A model generated the notes under the pieces. It was not told where the DNA came from. It searched no databases and was given only the letters and a program-made list of their open reading frames with translations. 64,000 nucleotides of DNA from an uncultured Candidatus Binatia bacterium (GTDB lineage Bacteria > Desulfobacterota > Binatia > UBA9968 > CAXXLF01): assembly GCA_965218425.1 (NCBI GenBank), contig OZ244621.1:960001-1024000 (forward strand). Reading direction: 5' to 3'. The stretch's first letter is position 1. Each line of letters opens with the position of its first letter. The position numbers were made by a program, and so were the translations under genes. Below, piece by piece: positions 39,054-48,316 of the stretch.

Positions 39054-40181
39054 TCATGCCGCTGGCATCTGCGACGTTACACCGGTTTCCTTCAGGGCGG
39101 CGTTGTATCGTCGCCTGATTTCCGGATCTTCCTCGTCATAATCAATCAGGGTTCCCCCCTGCTTTGAAGTAAGGTAAACCCCATCCTCCTGGCGCTTGGC
39201 CGGCAAAGTAAATCCCCACGTGTGGAGCCGGCTACCGGTACGCACCGCCAGGTGCCTTGCCTTACTGGGTCCAGTATTGAAATGCTGATGGTACCAGCCG
39301 CTTGGCGGACAGTAAACGCTCCCTTCTCTCCAGGCCACCTGGGTCACCTGGTCGCCATGGCCGCTTACGAAGGGCTGTGGGCCTGCCTCCTTCGGCCAGA
39401 GCAAGACATAACCCGAAGATTGCAATCCCAACAATATGGCTCCCGGACCATGGTAATGCGCCTTGTGGTACCGTCCTTCCGGCCACTCGGACAGGTGGCC
39501 GATCAACCCGTTGCCGGAGGCCTCAAACTGGGTGATCCGAACACCGGCTCCTTTTACATCCCTGGCGTCGAGACTTGCGGACTGCAGATCCGCTATGAAA
39601 TTGGTCTCCCAGATATGCTGCATGCCCAGCTCATAGCGCTTCTTCCCCACGGCAAAATAATCTTCCTCGCCCCGGTAGCGATCGGAAAATTGGTATGGGC
39701 AGTTGAACACGAAATCCGGCCTATGAAATAAATCCATCAGCAGGGGGGCGTTGGTCACCGCCAGGAATCTGACCGGTTCGCGGCCGCCATTGATCAACCG
39801 ATGCCAGGTGTTTACCGGGGGTACAAAGAGACTGTTCTGACCCCACTCAAACATTCGCTTCGTTCCCCCATCCTGCCAAACCTCCGTGGCTCCCTGACCG
39901 TCCAGGATACAAATAACTTCCTCATACAAATGCTTTTCAGGCTCCAGAGCTCCACCCGCGGGGATCTCGGCCGTGTACATCCCCGTAACACCTTCCATCC
40001 CATAGAGGTTGATAAAGCAACCCTTTCCACCCGTTCGACGCCATGGAACTAGATTCAATCCTCGCACATCCTCCACGCCGTGCCCTGCCACTATGGGAAG
40101 GCCTTCTTCACCCATCCACTTGAAATAAGATGTCTTCCGAAATGCGTTCATCAACTTTTCCATTTGCGGATCTGTAGCCAT
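39054..40181 (-). CDS. Bicupin protein
   Basis: Two cupin modules: PEKHLYEEVICILDGQG...PPVNTWHRLIN and YHKAHYHGPG...PPSGWYHQHFN. Confidence 0.85.
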   Translation of the reverse strand: MATDPQMEKLMNAFRKTSYFKWMGEEGLPIVAGHGVEDVRGLNLVPWRRTGGKGCFINLYGMEGVTGMYTAEIPAGGALEPEKHLYEEVICILDGQGATEVWQDGGTKRMFEWGQNSLFVPPVNTWHRLINGGREPVRFLAVTNAPLLMDLFHRPDFVFNCPYQFSDRYRGEEDYFAVGKKRYELGMQHIWETNFIADLQSASLDARDVKGAGVRITQFEASGNGLIGHLSEWPEGRYHKAHYHGPGAILLGLQSSGYVLLWPKEAGPQPFVSGHGDQVTQVAWREGSVYCPPSGWYHQHFNTGPSKARHLAVRTGSRLHTWGFTLPAKRQEDGVYLTSKQGGTLIDYDEEDPEIRRRYNAALKETGVTSQMPAA

Positions 40182-40421
40182 AATTTACTCCTCTTCCGTC
40201 AAATTATTCCTTCGCTAACCATGGGTGAACCACCCAATGGGAAACCTCTACCACAAGAAAAAACTAACCTCAACGTGGAACCCACGGCCGGGGGCCACCG
40301 CAGGGCCCCGGCTAATAATGTCGAATTCTTAACGGAATTGAGCATCCCGTCTCATCTTGCGTTAAAGCGGACTCGGTCTCCCTGGAAAAGAACCTTCGTA
40401 AAAACAGTTTCCTTAAGAAGG

Positions 40422-40477
40422 GTTACCCAAAGGACAAGCCGACCAGAGCGTGGTTCCCATTCAACTAATTCCCATGT
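40422..40477 (+). repeat. ~55-bp direct repeat, copy 1
   Basis: GTTACCCAAAGGACAAGCCGACCAGAGCGTGGTTCCCATTCAACTAATTCCCATGT; shares a 19-bp identical core with 40997-41051. Confidence 0.9.
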
Positions 40478-40887
40478 GATGACGGCCTAGCTCCAAAAGC
40501 AGGATTTGCGAAATGAGCCGGTCATTGCGGAAGGAGCGGACTGCAAGGGGCTATGCGCCCCGGGTCTCTTTTTCCCTTCCACCCGCTTTACTGGCAAATA
40601 GCCTATCAGGGGCGGATTTGAGAAACTCTGACCTAAGGCGCGCGGCGTTTTTATGACGCCAATATCGCTCCGACCTGCGCGGTGTGGCGGGCCTAGACTC
40701 GGTATGGGACCCGGGAAGGGCCTCCTTTCATCAGACGGTGGTGACGCAAAAGCAGATGGAAACCATTGAGAAGGCTTTCCGCTCTCTGGGATACTTTGAC
40801 GTCCGGGCGGAATAGGGAGGCAAAAAAGGCTTACCCTCTGGCAACATACGAGCGATTTGGCTGGTCCTACTTAGTCAGCAATTTCTA

Positions 40888-40916
40888 TTGAAAAAGACCG
40901 GAAAACGAGGTAGCTT
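40888..40916 (+). promoter_or_regulatory. Sigma70-like promoter of the RRM gene, implying a ~200-nt 5' leader
   Basis: TTGAAA - 17 nt - TAGCTT. Confidence 0.55.
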
Positions 40917-40996
40917 AAAAATTACACTTCAGTAAGGGGCCTTCTGAAAGTGAGATTGAAGTCGTTGAAGGCCCAGGTAGTCTAGCCTTGCGAAAC

Positions 40997-41051
40997 GTTA
41001 CCTTAAGGACAAACCGACCAGAGCGTGGTTCCAAGCCAACTTTTCCCATGT
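40997..41051 (+). repeat. ~55-bp direct repeat, copy 2 (in the RRM gene leader)
   Basis: GTTACCTTAAGGACAAACCGACCAGAGCGTGGTTCCAAGCCAACTTTTCCCATGT. Confidence 0.9.
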
Positions 41052-41122
41052 TCTGCTCCCACCGGTGATCACATTCCCAGGGTCTAAGACGTCAACGTTC
41101 TCTTATTGATAAGGAGGAGAAC

Positions 41123-41437
41123 ATGAGCAACAAAATATATGTCGGTGGATTGCCCTATGCCACTACGGAGGGCCAGCTGCAGGAAATTTTTTCTGCCCAT
41201 GGTGCCGTAGAGTCCGCTCGGGTGATCACTGATAAGTTCACCGGTCGCTCAAGGGGCTTTGGATTCGTCGAGATGAGTTCTGACGAAGAGGCCCAAAAAG
41301 CGATCGAGGCATTGAACGGAACTGATCTCGACGGACGCACCCTGACCGTCAACGAGGCCCGTCCTCAAGAGAGACGGCCTAGTGGCGGTGGTGGGGGGGG
41401 TGGGGGCGGCGGCGGCGGTAGACGAAACCGTTGGTAG
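41123..41437 (+). CDS. RRM RNA-binding protein with a Gly-rich tail
   Basis: RNP2 IYVGGL, RNP1 RGFGFVEM, LTVNEARP, poly-Gly tail, AAGGAGG RBS. Confidence 0.96.
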   Translation: MSNKIYVGGLPYATTEGQLQEIFSAHGAVESARVITDKFTGRSRGFGFVEMSSDEEAQKAIEALNGTDLDGRTLTVNEARPQERRPSGGGGGGGGGGGGRRNRW

Positions 41438-41463
41438 CTCTGGTTCTTAGACCCTGAGCATGT

Positions 41464-41486
41464 GGGGCGTTCGGTCGGTACGCCCC
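41464..41486. terminator. Hairpin downstream of the RRM gene
   Basis: GGGGCGT-N9-ACGCCCC between convergent genes. No clear U-tract. Confidence 0.4.
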
Positions 41487-41663
41487 GTCCCATAAGATTT
41501 GCCGTGTCGGTTCATTTCTAGCTGACGGGCGAGCTGCCACTAGCCGATGGATGTGTGTATCCTGACCGCTGTGGTAGGTTGTCTCTTTAATCACAAGCCT
41601 CTATCGGGATTTCAGAAATTTAAAAAGTCGGTTTTCACGCTAAGGCGAGGCCCATTTGACGTG

Positions 41664-42755
41664 TTAAAGTCGGTAGAGTCGAGCGGCGTTGTGGCTCAGA
41701 ATCTTCTGCTGCAGCTTTGGATCAAGATCCGTTCGACCGTGGAGTTCTCCAACCATGTTTTCCGTCCGCGACGGGTCTTCATGGGGGTAGTCTGAGGCGA
41801 TAATGAGCTGATCCTCGCCGATTAGATTGAATAGATAGCCAATGTCCTCATCCGACTCTATGGATATAAAGATGTTACCTGTTTCCAGGTACTCCCTCGG
41901 GTTTTTCTTGCAGGGTAACCGTCGGTCACGCCAGGAGCGTTCCAGTTGACGAACGGCATAGGGAAGCCATTCCGACCCCGCCTCGAGAAAACCCAGGCGC
42001 AAAGCGGGAAACTCGTCTAAGACTCCCTGAGAGACGAGGCTGTAAAACCCCATCATCACCGGAAGCGCGGCCGCCGAGAAACTGGAGTTTTCAAGGGTTT
42101 GAAATAGATCCGTCAAACCTGGGCCCGCCCATCCGAAATGGACACAGACCGGGATATCCAGACGGCTTGCCTCTTCATAGAAGGGAAACAAACGCCTGTT
42201 ACCGAGCTCGGTGTCCCAAACCACTCCAAGGGTCATTACTGCCACCGCACCCATCTCCTTGGCTCGACGAACCTCGCGCACCGACTCATCTACGTCCCGA
42301 AGGGGAACCACCGCGCTGAACCGCAGGCGCTCCTTTGCTTTCCCGCAAGCCTGCGCCATCCAGCTGTTGTAGCTACGGCATAAGGCGGCCTCCAGAGCCA
42401 CATCATCGGTCAATGCCACAAGGAACAGAGTCGGAAAGATGACCTGGCAATCGATGCCAAGCTTATCCATGTCCTTAAGGCGGGCAGGGACATCGGTTAA
42501 GGTTTGAGCTCCGATGGTCATGGGTTTCGCCAAGGCGCTTTCAGAAATGGTGGGAGTCCCGAAGATATGTAACTGTCGACCGGCAAGCTTGGGAAAAACC
42601 TTGCCCTCGATGAGCCAAAAGGCGTTATGCCGGCCGTAGAGGGTATCCTTGTCGATTTTTACCGGAATGGGTCGCTGCAGATGGAACTCTTCACCCAGGA
42701 ATTTCCAGGTATCGGTGCATTCGTACACATGTGCATCCGCGTCGATAACTTTCAT
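41664..42755 (-). CDS. Amidohydrolase_2 family protein
   Basis: IDADAHV, DMDKLGIDCQVIFPT, CVHFG, FLEAGSEW, ASDYPHED. Confidence 0.92.
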   Translation of the reverse strand: MKVIDADAHVYECTDTWKFLGEEFHLQRPIPVKIDKDTLYGRHNAFWLIEGKVFPKLAGRQLHIFGTPTISESALAKPMTIGAQTLTDVPARLKDMDKLGIDCQVIFPTLFLVALTDDVALEAALCRSYNSWMAQACGKAKERLRFSAVVPLRDVDESVREVRRAKEMGAVAVMTLGVVWDTELGNRRLFPFYEEASRLDIPVCVHFGWAGPGLTDLFQTLENSSFSAAALPVMMGFYSLVSQGVLDEFPALRLGFLEAGSEWLPYAVRQLERSWRDRRLPCKKNPREYLETGNIFISIESDEDIGYLFNLIGEDQLIIASDYPHEDPSRTENMVGELHGRTDLDPKLQQKILSHNAARLYRL

Positions 42756-42766
42756 GATCCACGCGG

Positions 42767-43858
42767 TTAAAATCCGTAGAAGGCCTTTGCGTTGTCCCGG
42801 ACAATTTTGCTTTTGGCCGTGTCGCTCAAGTCCGGTCGATCCACAAAAACCTTCAAGGCCTGCACATTTGAGAATGGGTCGGTGTGTCCGAAGTCGGTGC
42901 CAATGATCAGATTGTCCTCTCCCGCATACTGCATAATGTAGGGCAAGTGGTCTTCATACTCACAGGCTACCCACACTCGCTTCCTGGTAAGCAGCTCGCT
43001 CACGGCCTTCTTGGCGTCTTTGGTATGATTATCCAGACGCACCACCCCTTCCAGTATCCACACAAGCCACTGGGCGCCGGCTTCGATGAATCCCACCCGG
43101 AGTCGCGGAAACAGATCCGGGACTTCGCTTCGCAGGTAGGAATGGCACGAAGCAACCGTGGGAACCCGAAATCTCCAAAACAAGCTATGCTTTACCAGCT
43201 CAGCATTTACGGGGTTGGCGTTGGCAATGTGAACCGTGATGGGGATGTCCAGCCGCTCAGCCTCTTCATAAATCGGATAAAAGTAAGGATCCGTCAAGTG
43301 GCGGTCTCCCTCCAGGGGTCGAAGGCAAATACCCACCGCACCGTTATTCTTACACCAGCGCACCTCTTGAATGGCTTCAGGGATACTCAGGGTTGGCGGC
43401 AAACAGGACCACCGTAGCCGGCCTTTTCCGTGTTCCCATGTCTTGCCCATCCATCGGTTGTAGCTCCGGCACAGCGCTATCTCAGCCTCTGGATTCTTGG
43501 TCACCTGCGATAACCAGAGGCTGTTATGCATTACCTGGATGTCAATGCCCACCTGATCCATATGCTGTATGCGTTCATCGGCTTTGGTCAGCTCCCGCGC
43601 CCCCCGGTCCGTGACCATGTCGCGGCCGGTTCGCTCTGTGAGCTCTATTAATTCCTGCGGGGTCCGCGTGGTGGGACGAAAACCGATGACCTTGTCTTGC
43701 AGTATCCAACACTGCTGGCCAGGCTCTTCGTCGGACTCCACAAGACGCGGCCGAAACCGCTCCTCGGAGGGCTCCAGGTATGCCCACGTGCTTTCGTTTT
43801 CAATAACGTGGGCATCTGAGTCGATCATCAGAACCGGTTCTCCATTAATCTTTAGCAT
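42767..43858 (-). CDS. Amidohydrolase_2 family protein (close paralogue of 50636-51721)
   Basis: IDSDAHV, TVHIA, FIEAGAQW, GTDFGHTD. Confidence 0.92.
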   Translation of the reverse strand: MLKINGEPVLMIDSDAHVIENESTWAYLEPSEERFRPRLVESDEEPGQQCWILQDKVIGFRPTTRTPQELIELTERTGRDMVTDRGARELTKADERIQHMDQVGIDIQVMHNSLWLSQVTKNPEAEIALCRSYNRWMGKTWEHGKGRLRWSCLPPTLSIPEAIQEVRWCKNNGAVGICLRPLEGDRHLTDPYFYPIYEEAERLDIPITVHIANANPVNAELVKHSLFWRFRVPTVASCHSYLRSEVPDLFPRLRVGFIEAGAQWLVWILEGVVRLDNHTKDAKKAVSELLTRKRVWVACEYEDHLPYIMQYAGEDNLIIGTDFGHTDPFSNVQALKVFVDRPDLSDTAKSKIVRDNAKAFYGF

Positions 43859-43915
43859 AGGCCTCTCTCCTAACGGGTGTAGGTAATTTCATTAAAAATC
43901 ACTGCTTTTTTCGAA

Positions 43916-43944
43916 ACACTACTCCACCGGTAGCGCCATGTCAA
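43916..43944 (-). promoter_or_regulatory. Sigma70-like promoter for the amidohydrolase pair
   Basis: Minus strand TTGACA (43944-43939) - 17 nt - TAGTGT (43921-43916). Confidence 0.55.
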
Positions 43945-44015
43945 TTGTGACCCGGCTAAAGTGCGAAAAGTGTGGTTCCATGAGCTATGGATCCGAGTCC
44001 TACCGACAGAATGAA

Positions 44016-44717
44016 ACTGCTATCGCGGGAGCTGCCGTCTCTTCGCGTTGACCCTGGGTTGAGGGGGCTTGCTTCGCTCCGCGGGACTCCCGCAGCGACC
44101 CATCGGGCATTCGCTCCTATGAACCTCCAAAGCTTCATGGCTCCTCGTGGAGCGAGCCTCCGGCCGCAGGCAATAAACCGGTGAATATCTGAAGCTGAAC
44201 GTTCGATGCCCACGGCCTTACGTCTCGCTCCCCAGCATCGCATTGCGGTTTTTGGGCCCAGGGGGCCTGCACCGAAGAGAGGGAGACGTCCGATACTGGT
44301 AGCTCTTGCCAATCTGGCATGTCAGATCAAATGACGGGGCCTCGAGGCACAGGCCCGTCGGCTCCCGCTGAGGGGCAGGCCCCCGAGCCCAGCAGTCCAC
44401 TCCCCCGCCAATATCGGCGGAGCGACCTTCCAAAGCTTACCTTCTCCTCGGAAAGCGAGTCCTCAGGCCGTGGGCAACAGGCTGGTGAATATCCAAGCTC
44501 TACGCTCGATGCCCACGCCCTTCATCCTCGCCCCCCTCGGAGCCAAGTGTGATATGGGTCAGACTATTGGGATATTTGACATCACCCGTCACGATCCACC
44601 GAACCCGGTCCCGAGCACATTGCCCCTCGGCAGCCTGAAGCGCCGGGGCGTAAGGGTGATTTTCGCGGTCCCGCCGAGGAACCGCTGAAGCGAAGGGACG
44701 GCAACTCCGGTAGCAGT
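44016..44717. other. Non-coding structured element: 28-bp terminal inverted repeats enclosing two ~110-bp hairpin-forming direct repeats (candidate ncRNA or MITE)
   Basis: IR 44016-44046 vs 44690-44717 (25 of 28 aligned positions complementary, plus a 3-nt bulge). Direct repeats at 44123-44233 and 44425-44536. Confidence 0.7.
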
Positions 44718-44731
44718 CCGCCTCGCCAATT

Positions 44732-44760
44732 TTGACAGAACCACGGGGATCGGTTATCTA
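44732..44760 (+). promoter_or_regulatory. Sigma70-like promoter for the 44785 gene
   Basis: TTGACA - 17 nt - TATCTA. Confidence 0.4.
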
Positions 44761-44784
44761 TTTGGCCTGGCAAATCGTGAAAGG

Positions 44785-46242
44785 ATGGATAAGGCAATGA
44801 CGATCAGGATCGACGGCGGCACCGTGGTGGGCTGGTCCGGAGAGCACCACGAATTGATTCCCGACGGTAGCGTGTATATTGATGGCGACACCATCAGCAA
44901 TGTGGGCAAGGACCGTACCAAGCAGGCCGACAGGGTCATCGATGCCTCGGACAAACTCGTTTGCCCCGGTTTTATCAACCTTCATGTGCACTCGCAGCTC
45001 AACATCGGCGACTACCTCTTGACGGATGTGGGCAAGAAAGATTATATGACCGCCAACTACTTCGTTTTTGGCGCACCCGCAAAAGACAAGCCATCGCCAT
45101 TCACTCCCGAGGGGGTGGCCATCGGTCGAAAGTACGCCCTTTTCAGTGCCTTGAAAAACGGCTCAACCACCATCCTTGACCCGGGCAGCGGACCGGGAAA
45201 CTTCGACGACTACGTGGAGATCGTTGGATCCATCGGAGGGCGAGCGTTTTTCAGCCCCTCCTTTCGAAGTCACGACATCTTCACCGACGGCGCGGGACAC
45301 CATTCTTATGAAGCCCGCCCGGACGGGGGTCGCCCTGGCCTCCAGGCGACAGTGGACTTTATTCGCAAACACAACGGGGCTCACAATGGCCGGATGCTGG
45401 GCATTCTCAACCCCGGCCAGGCGGAGACCTGCGAGCCTTCGCTACTCAAGGAGACCGCCACGGCGGCAAAGGAACTTGGCGTCGGCGTTCACATACACGC
45501 GGGAGGCAACCTCCGCGAGGTGGTTTACATCCTGTATAACCACCGAAAGACGGTCCTCGAGTACCTGGCGGATGCCGGGATACTGCAACCCGAAACCATC
45601 CTTGGTCATTGCGTTCTCACCGCAGATCACTCGAGGTTGGAGCGTCCTTTCACCGATGAGTTGAAGATGCTGTCCGAGTCCGGCGCTTCGGTAGGTCACT
45701 GTGCTTACAAATATGCGAAGATGGCGCTGGCCATGGAGTCGTTCGACCGCTTCCTGGATGCCGGCATCAACGTGGGCCTTGGAACCGACACCTATCCACT
45801 GGACATCGTCTCGGAGCTGCGTTATGCCTCGGTCATCTCCCGATTGGTGGACAAAAAATACAACGGCGCACCGCCAGCGAGGGTATTCAATGCCGCCACC
45901 GTCTGGGGCGCTAACGCCCTGGGGAGAGACGACCTGGGCCGGCTTGCACCCGGTGCGAAGGCGGATATCACCATTATTAATCAACGTTCCACCCGCTACG
46001 GACCCGTTCGAGATCCCATCACGGCACTGGTGGAGTATGGATGCGGCGCCGACGTGGAGACGGTGCTGGTCAACGGAGACGTGGTAATTGATGGAGGACA
46101 TTCCTCGAAAATTGATGAAGAGGACCTTTACGGCCGGGCAAACGCAGCCGCGAACCGAGCATGGGATAACTGGTCCAAGCGGGACTGGGCGGGAAGGTCA
46201 GTCGAAGAAATCATCCCTCCAGCCTTCCCCACTCGGTCCTGA
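44785..46242 (+). CDS. Metal-dependent amidohydrolase (SsnA/chlorohydrolase/deaminase type)
   Basis: PGFINLHVH, VHIHA, LGHC, GLGTD, DLGRLAPGAKADI, VETVLVNG. Confidence 0.9.
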   Translation: MDKAMTIRIDGGTVVGWSGEHHELIPDGSVYIDGDTISNVGKDRTKQADRVIDASDKLVCPGFINLHVHSQLNIGDYLLTDVGKKDYMTANYFVFGAPAKDKPSPFTPEGVAIGRKYALFSALKNGSTTILDPGSGPGNFDDYVEIVGSIGGRAFFSPSFRSHDIFTDGAGHHSYEARPDGGRPGLQATVDFIRKHNGAHNGRMLGILNPGQAETCEPSLLKETATAAKELGVGVHIHAGGNLREVVYILYNHRKTVLEYLADAGILQPETILGHCVLTADHSRLERPFTDELKMLSESGASVGHCAYKYAKMALAMESFDRFLDAGINVGLGTDTYPLDIVSELRYASVISRLVDKKYNGAPPARVFNAATVWGANALGRDDLGRLAPGAKADITIINQRSTRYGPVRDPITALVEYGCGADVETVLVNGDVVIDGGHSSKIDEEDLYGRANAAANRAWDNWSKRDWAGRSVEEIIPPAFPTRS

Positions 46243-46437
46243 CCCCGATCCGGCATTAACGGGTCCGAGAAATCCACGTCAGTGCCCATCAGATGGTGCT
46301 TCAGGGCTGATCGTGCCATAAATCGATAACACACCTTTGGTGAAATTACTGACCTGCAATCCAAATGTCATCGACCGTTGAAACAACCGGCCCATGTTCG
46401 CACACCACTCGTCATTTTTGTCGGACCGGGGCTGACC

Positions 46438-47313
46438 GTGATTGATTTAAGAGCGCTGTCTCCTGTCATACCGGTCTTTGCGTTGATTGGGATCGGTTTT
46501 GTTTTTGCCCATTGGAAAAAGATCTCCCTCGAATCCATCACCGAGTTCATCGTTTTTCTGGCAAGCCCATCCCTGGTCTTTGCCTCCCTATCATCCAAGC
46601 CACTCATGGCTACGGACCTTTTGGTGCTTTTTGCCGGCATTATCGGGTTCATGAGCGGGGTAGGGGTCCTGATCACGATCTATTCTTTTGTGTTCCGCTT
46701 CCATTCCCGGGGTTTCATACTCCCCGCCCTTTTCATCAACGCCGGAAATATGGGCATCCCATTGGCCCTCTTTGCCTTCGGTGAGCCGGGACTACAGCGA
46801 GCCTCCATTTGTTTCGTCATCATGTCCACTCTCCAAAACTCACTGGGAATCTACCTCGTGAGCGGCGACCGTGGTTGGAGGGAAATATTTCGGCTCCCCT
46901 TGATTTACGCCACCGCGCTGGGACTATTCGTCAACATCAACCAGATCCAGATCCCCTGGACCATCCTCGAGCCCATCCGGCTGTTGGGCTTTTCCACCAT
47001 ACCACTGATGCTCGTGAGCCTGGGCTACCGGCTGAGCAACTTGAAGTCCATCACCTGGGGGCATTCCGTGGCAGGGGCGCTCATTCGCATCTTTGGGGGC
47101 TTCGCCTCCGCCTATCTTACCGTTACTCTGCTCGGCATAGAGGGTGTAAACCGCCAGGTGATTCTGCTATACGGAGCCCTCCCCTCGGCCGTGGTTAATT
47201 TCGTGCTCACGGAAAAATACCGCCAGGACCCGGAGCTCGCAGCTTCCATAGTCGTGATCACCACCCTGCTCTCCCTGTTTACTATCCCGATCGTCCTTTC
47301 GCTGATCCTATAA
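46438..47313 (+). CDS. AEC (auxin efflux carrier)-family transporter
   Basis: PSLVF, NAGNMGIPL, PLIYA, PLMLVSLG, PSAV, about 10 TMs. Confidence 0.9.
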   Translation: MIDLRALSPVIPVFALIGIGFVFAHWKKISLESITEFIVFLASPSLVFASLSSKPLMATDLLVLFAGIIGFMSGVGVLITIYSFVFRFHSRGFILPALFINAGNMGIPLALFAFGEPGLQRASICFVIMSTLQNSLGIYLVSGDRGWREIFRLPLIYATALGLFVNINQIQIPWTILEPIRLLGFSTIPLMLVSLGYRLSNLKSITWGHSVAGALIRIFGGFASAYLTVTLLGIEGVNRQVILLYGALPSAVVNFVLTEKYRQDPELAASIVVITTLLSLFTIPIVLSLIL

Positions 47314-47391
47314 TGTGGACACTTTCATGAGTCGTTGATAAAAACCCGTTAGCCGCAAACAAGGAACACACACTTTTTGGAGGAACGAACC

Positions 47392-48282
47392 ATGGACGGC
47401 GCACGATTTATCGATGTTAATGGAATTCGGACCCGCTATTTCGATAAGGGAAGCGGCGAAGTGGTAGTCCTTTTTCACGGCAGCCACTTTGGCACCATGG
47501 ACGCCTGTGACAGCGCCATGGACTGGGAAACGAACTTCGACCGGCTGGCCGAATGGTTTCGCGTCATCGCCGTCGACAAGCTGGGCCAAGGCCACACGGA
47601 CAATCCCAAGCGCGACGAGGACTATACACCCGCAGCTGTGGTGCGACATGCCTATGAGTTTTTACGGCAATTGGGGTTGGAAAAGGTGCATGTGGTGGGC
47701 CATTCACGCGGGGGTTATCTGGCGGGGCGCCTGACTCTCGAGCATCCGGAGATCATCGGATCCTCTATCATCGTCGACAGCGGCACCCTGGCACCGGGTC
47801 CTCCCAACACCCAGTTGATTATGGCCAATGCGCCGAACCCACGGCTCACGCGGGAGAGCCAGCGCTGGGTCATCGAGCACTACTCCCATAGTAATGATCA
47901 CATCACCGACACGCTGTTGAACGGCGCCGTTGAGATCGCGAATCTACCCAAGTACCGGGAAGCGGTAAAAAAGATGGAGGACCAGGGCCTCAAGAGGAAC
48001 CTCTTTCTACCGCGGTTGACCCTGGACAAAGAGGAGACTTTAAACTGGATCCTGCAGGGCCGTCTCAAGACACCCACCCTTTTGGTTTGGGGCAATAACG
48101 ACCCCACTGCGTCCTTGCGGCGCGGTCAAGCCCTCTATGAACTCATTGCTGACAGCGCGCCCGTTGCCGAGATGCACGTCATCAACAAGGCCGGTCATTT
48201 CTGTTATCGGGAACAGCCTGAAACTTTCAATCAAGTCATCCGGGGCTTTGTGGAGAAGTGTCGTCTCGCTTCCCGTGCATAA
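47392..48282 (+). CDS. Alpha/beta hydrolase (MhpC/BphD-like)
   Basis: VVLFHG, DKLGQGHT, nucleophile elbow GHSRGG, WGNND, AGH. Confidence 0.9.
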   Translation: MDGARFIDVNGIRTRYFDKGSGEVVVLFHGSHFGTMDACDSAMDWETNFDRLAEWFRVIAVDKLGQGHTDNPKRDEDYTPAAVVRHAYEFLRQLGLEKVHVVGHSRGGYLAGRLTLEHPEIIGSSIIVDSGTLAPGPPNTQLIMANAPNPRLTRESQRWVIEHYSHSNDHITDTLLNGAVEIANLPKYREAVKKMEDQGLKRNLFLPRLTLDKEETLNWILQGRLKTPTLLVWGNNDPTASLRRGQALYELIADSAPVAEMHVINKAGHFCYREQPETFNQVIRGFVEKCRLASRA

Positions 48283-48316
48283 CCAAGACACGACCCGGAG
48301 AGGACTTCCCCGGACC

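Noticed and set aside
40657..40815. Short frame ending EKAFRSLGYFDVRAE*, resembling a sulfatase-like C-terminus
   Set aside because: No start or RBS, and only a few residues of resemblance; too weak to call.
41382..41420. G-rich low-complexity run as a tandem repeat or phase-variable tract
   Set aside because: It encodes the usual poly-Gly tail of the RRM protein and the frame is intact.
44123..44536. The repeats as known riboswitches (cobalamin, SAM-I, FMN, T-box, glycine) or RNase P/tmRNA
   Set aside because: Only short fragments match (GGCAAC, GGTGAATATCC, CACCGAAG). The B12 box, SAM-I core, T-box antiterminator and GAGGAAAGTCC are all missing by eye.
43939..44737. TGTCAA...TTGACA as IS-like termini of an ~800-bp MITE
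   Set aside because: Both hexamers are adequately explained as -35 boxes of divergent promoters, and no target duplication is visible. Not fully excluded.
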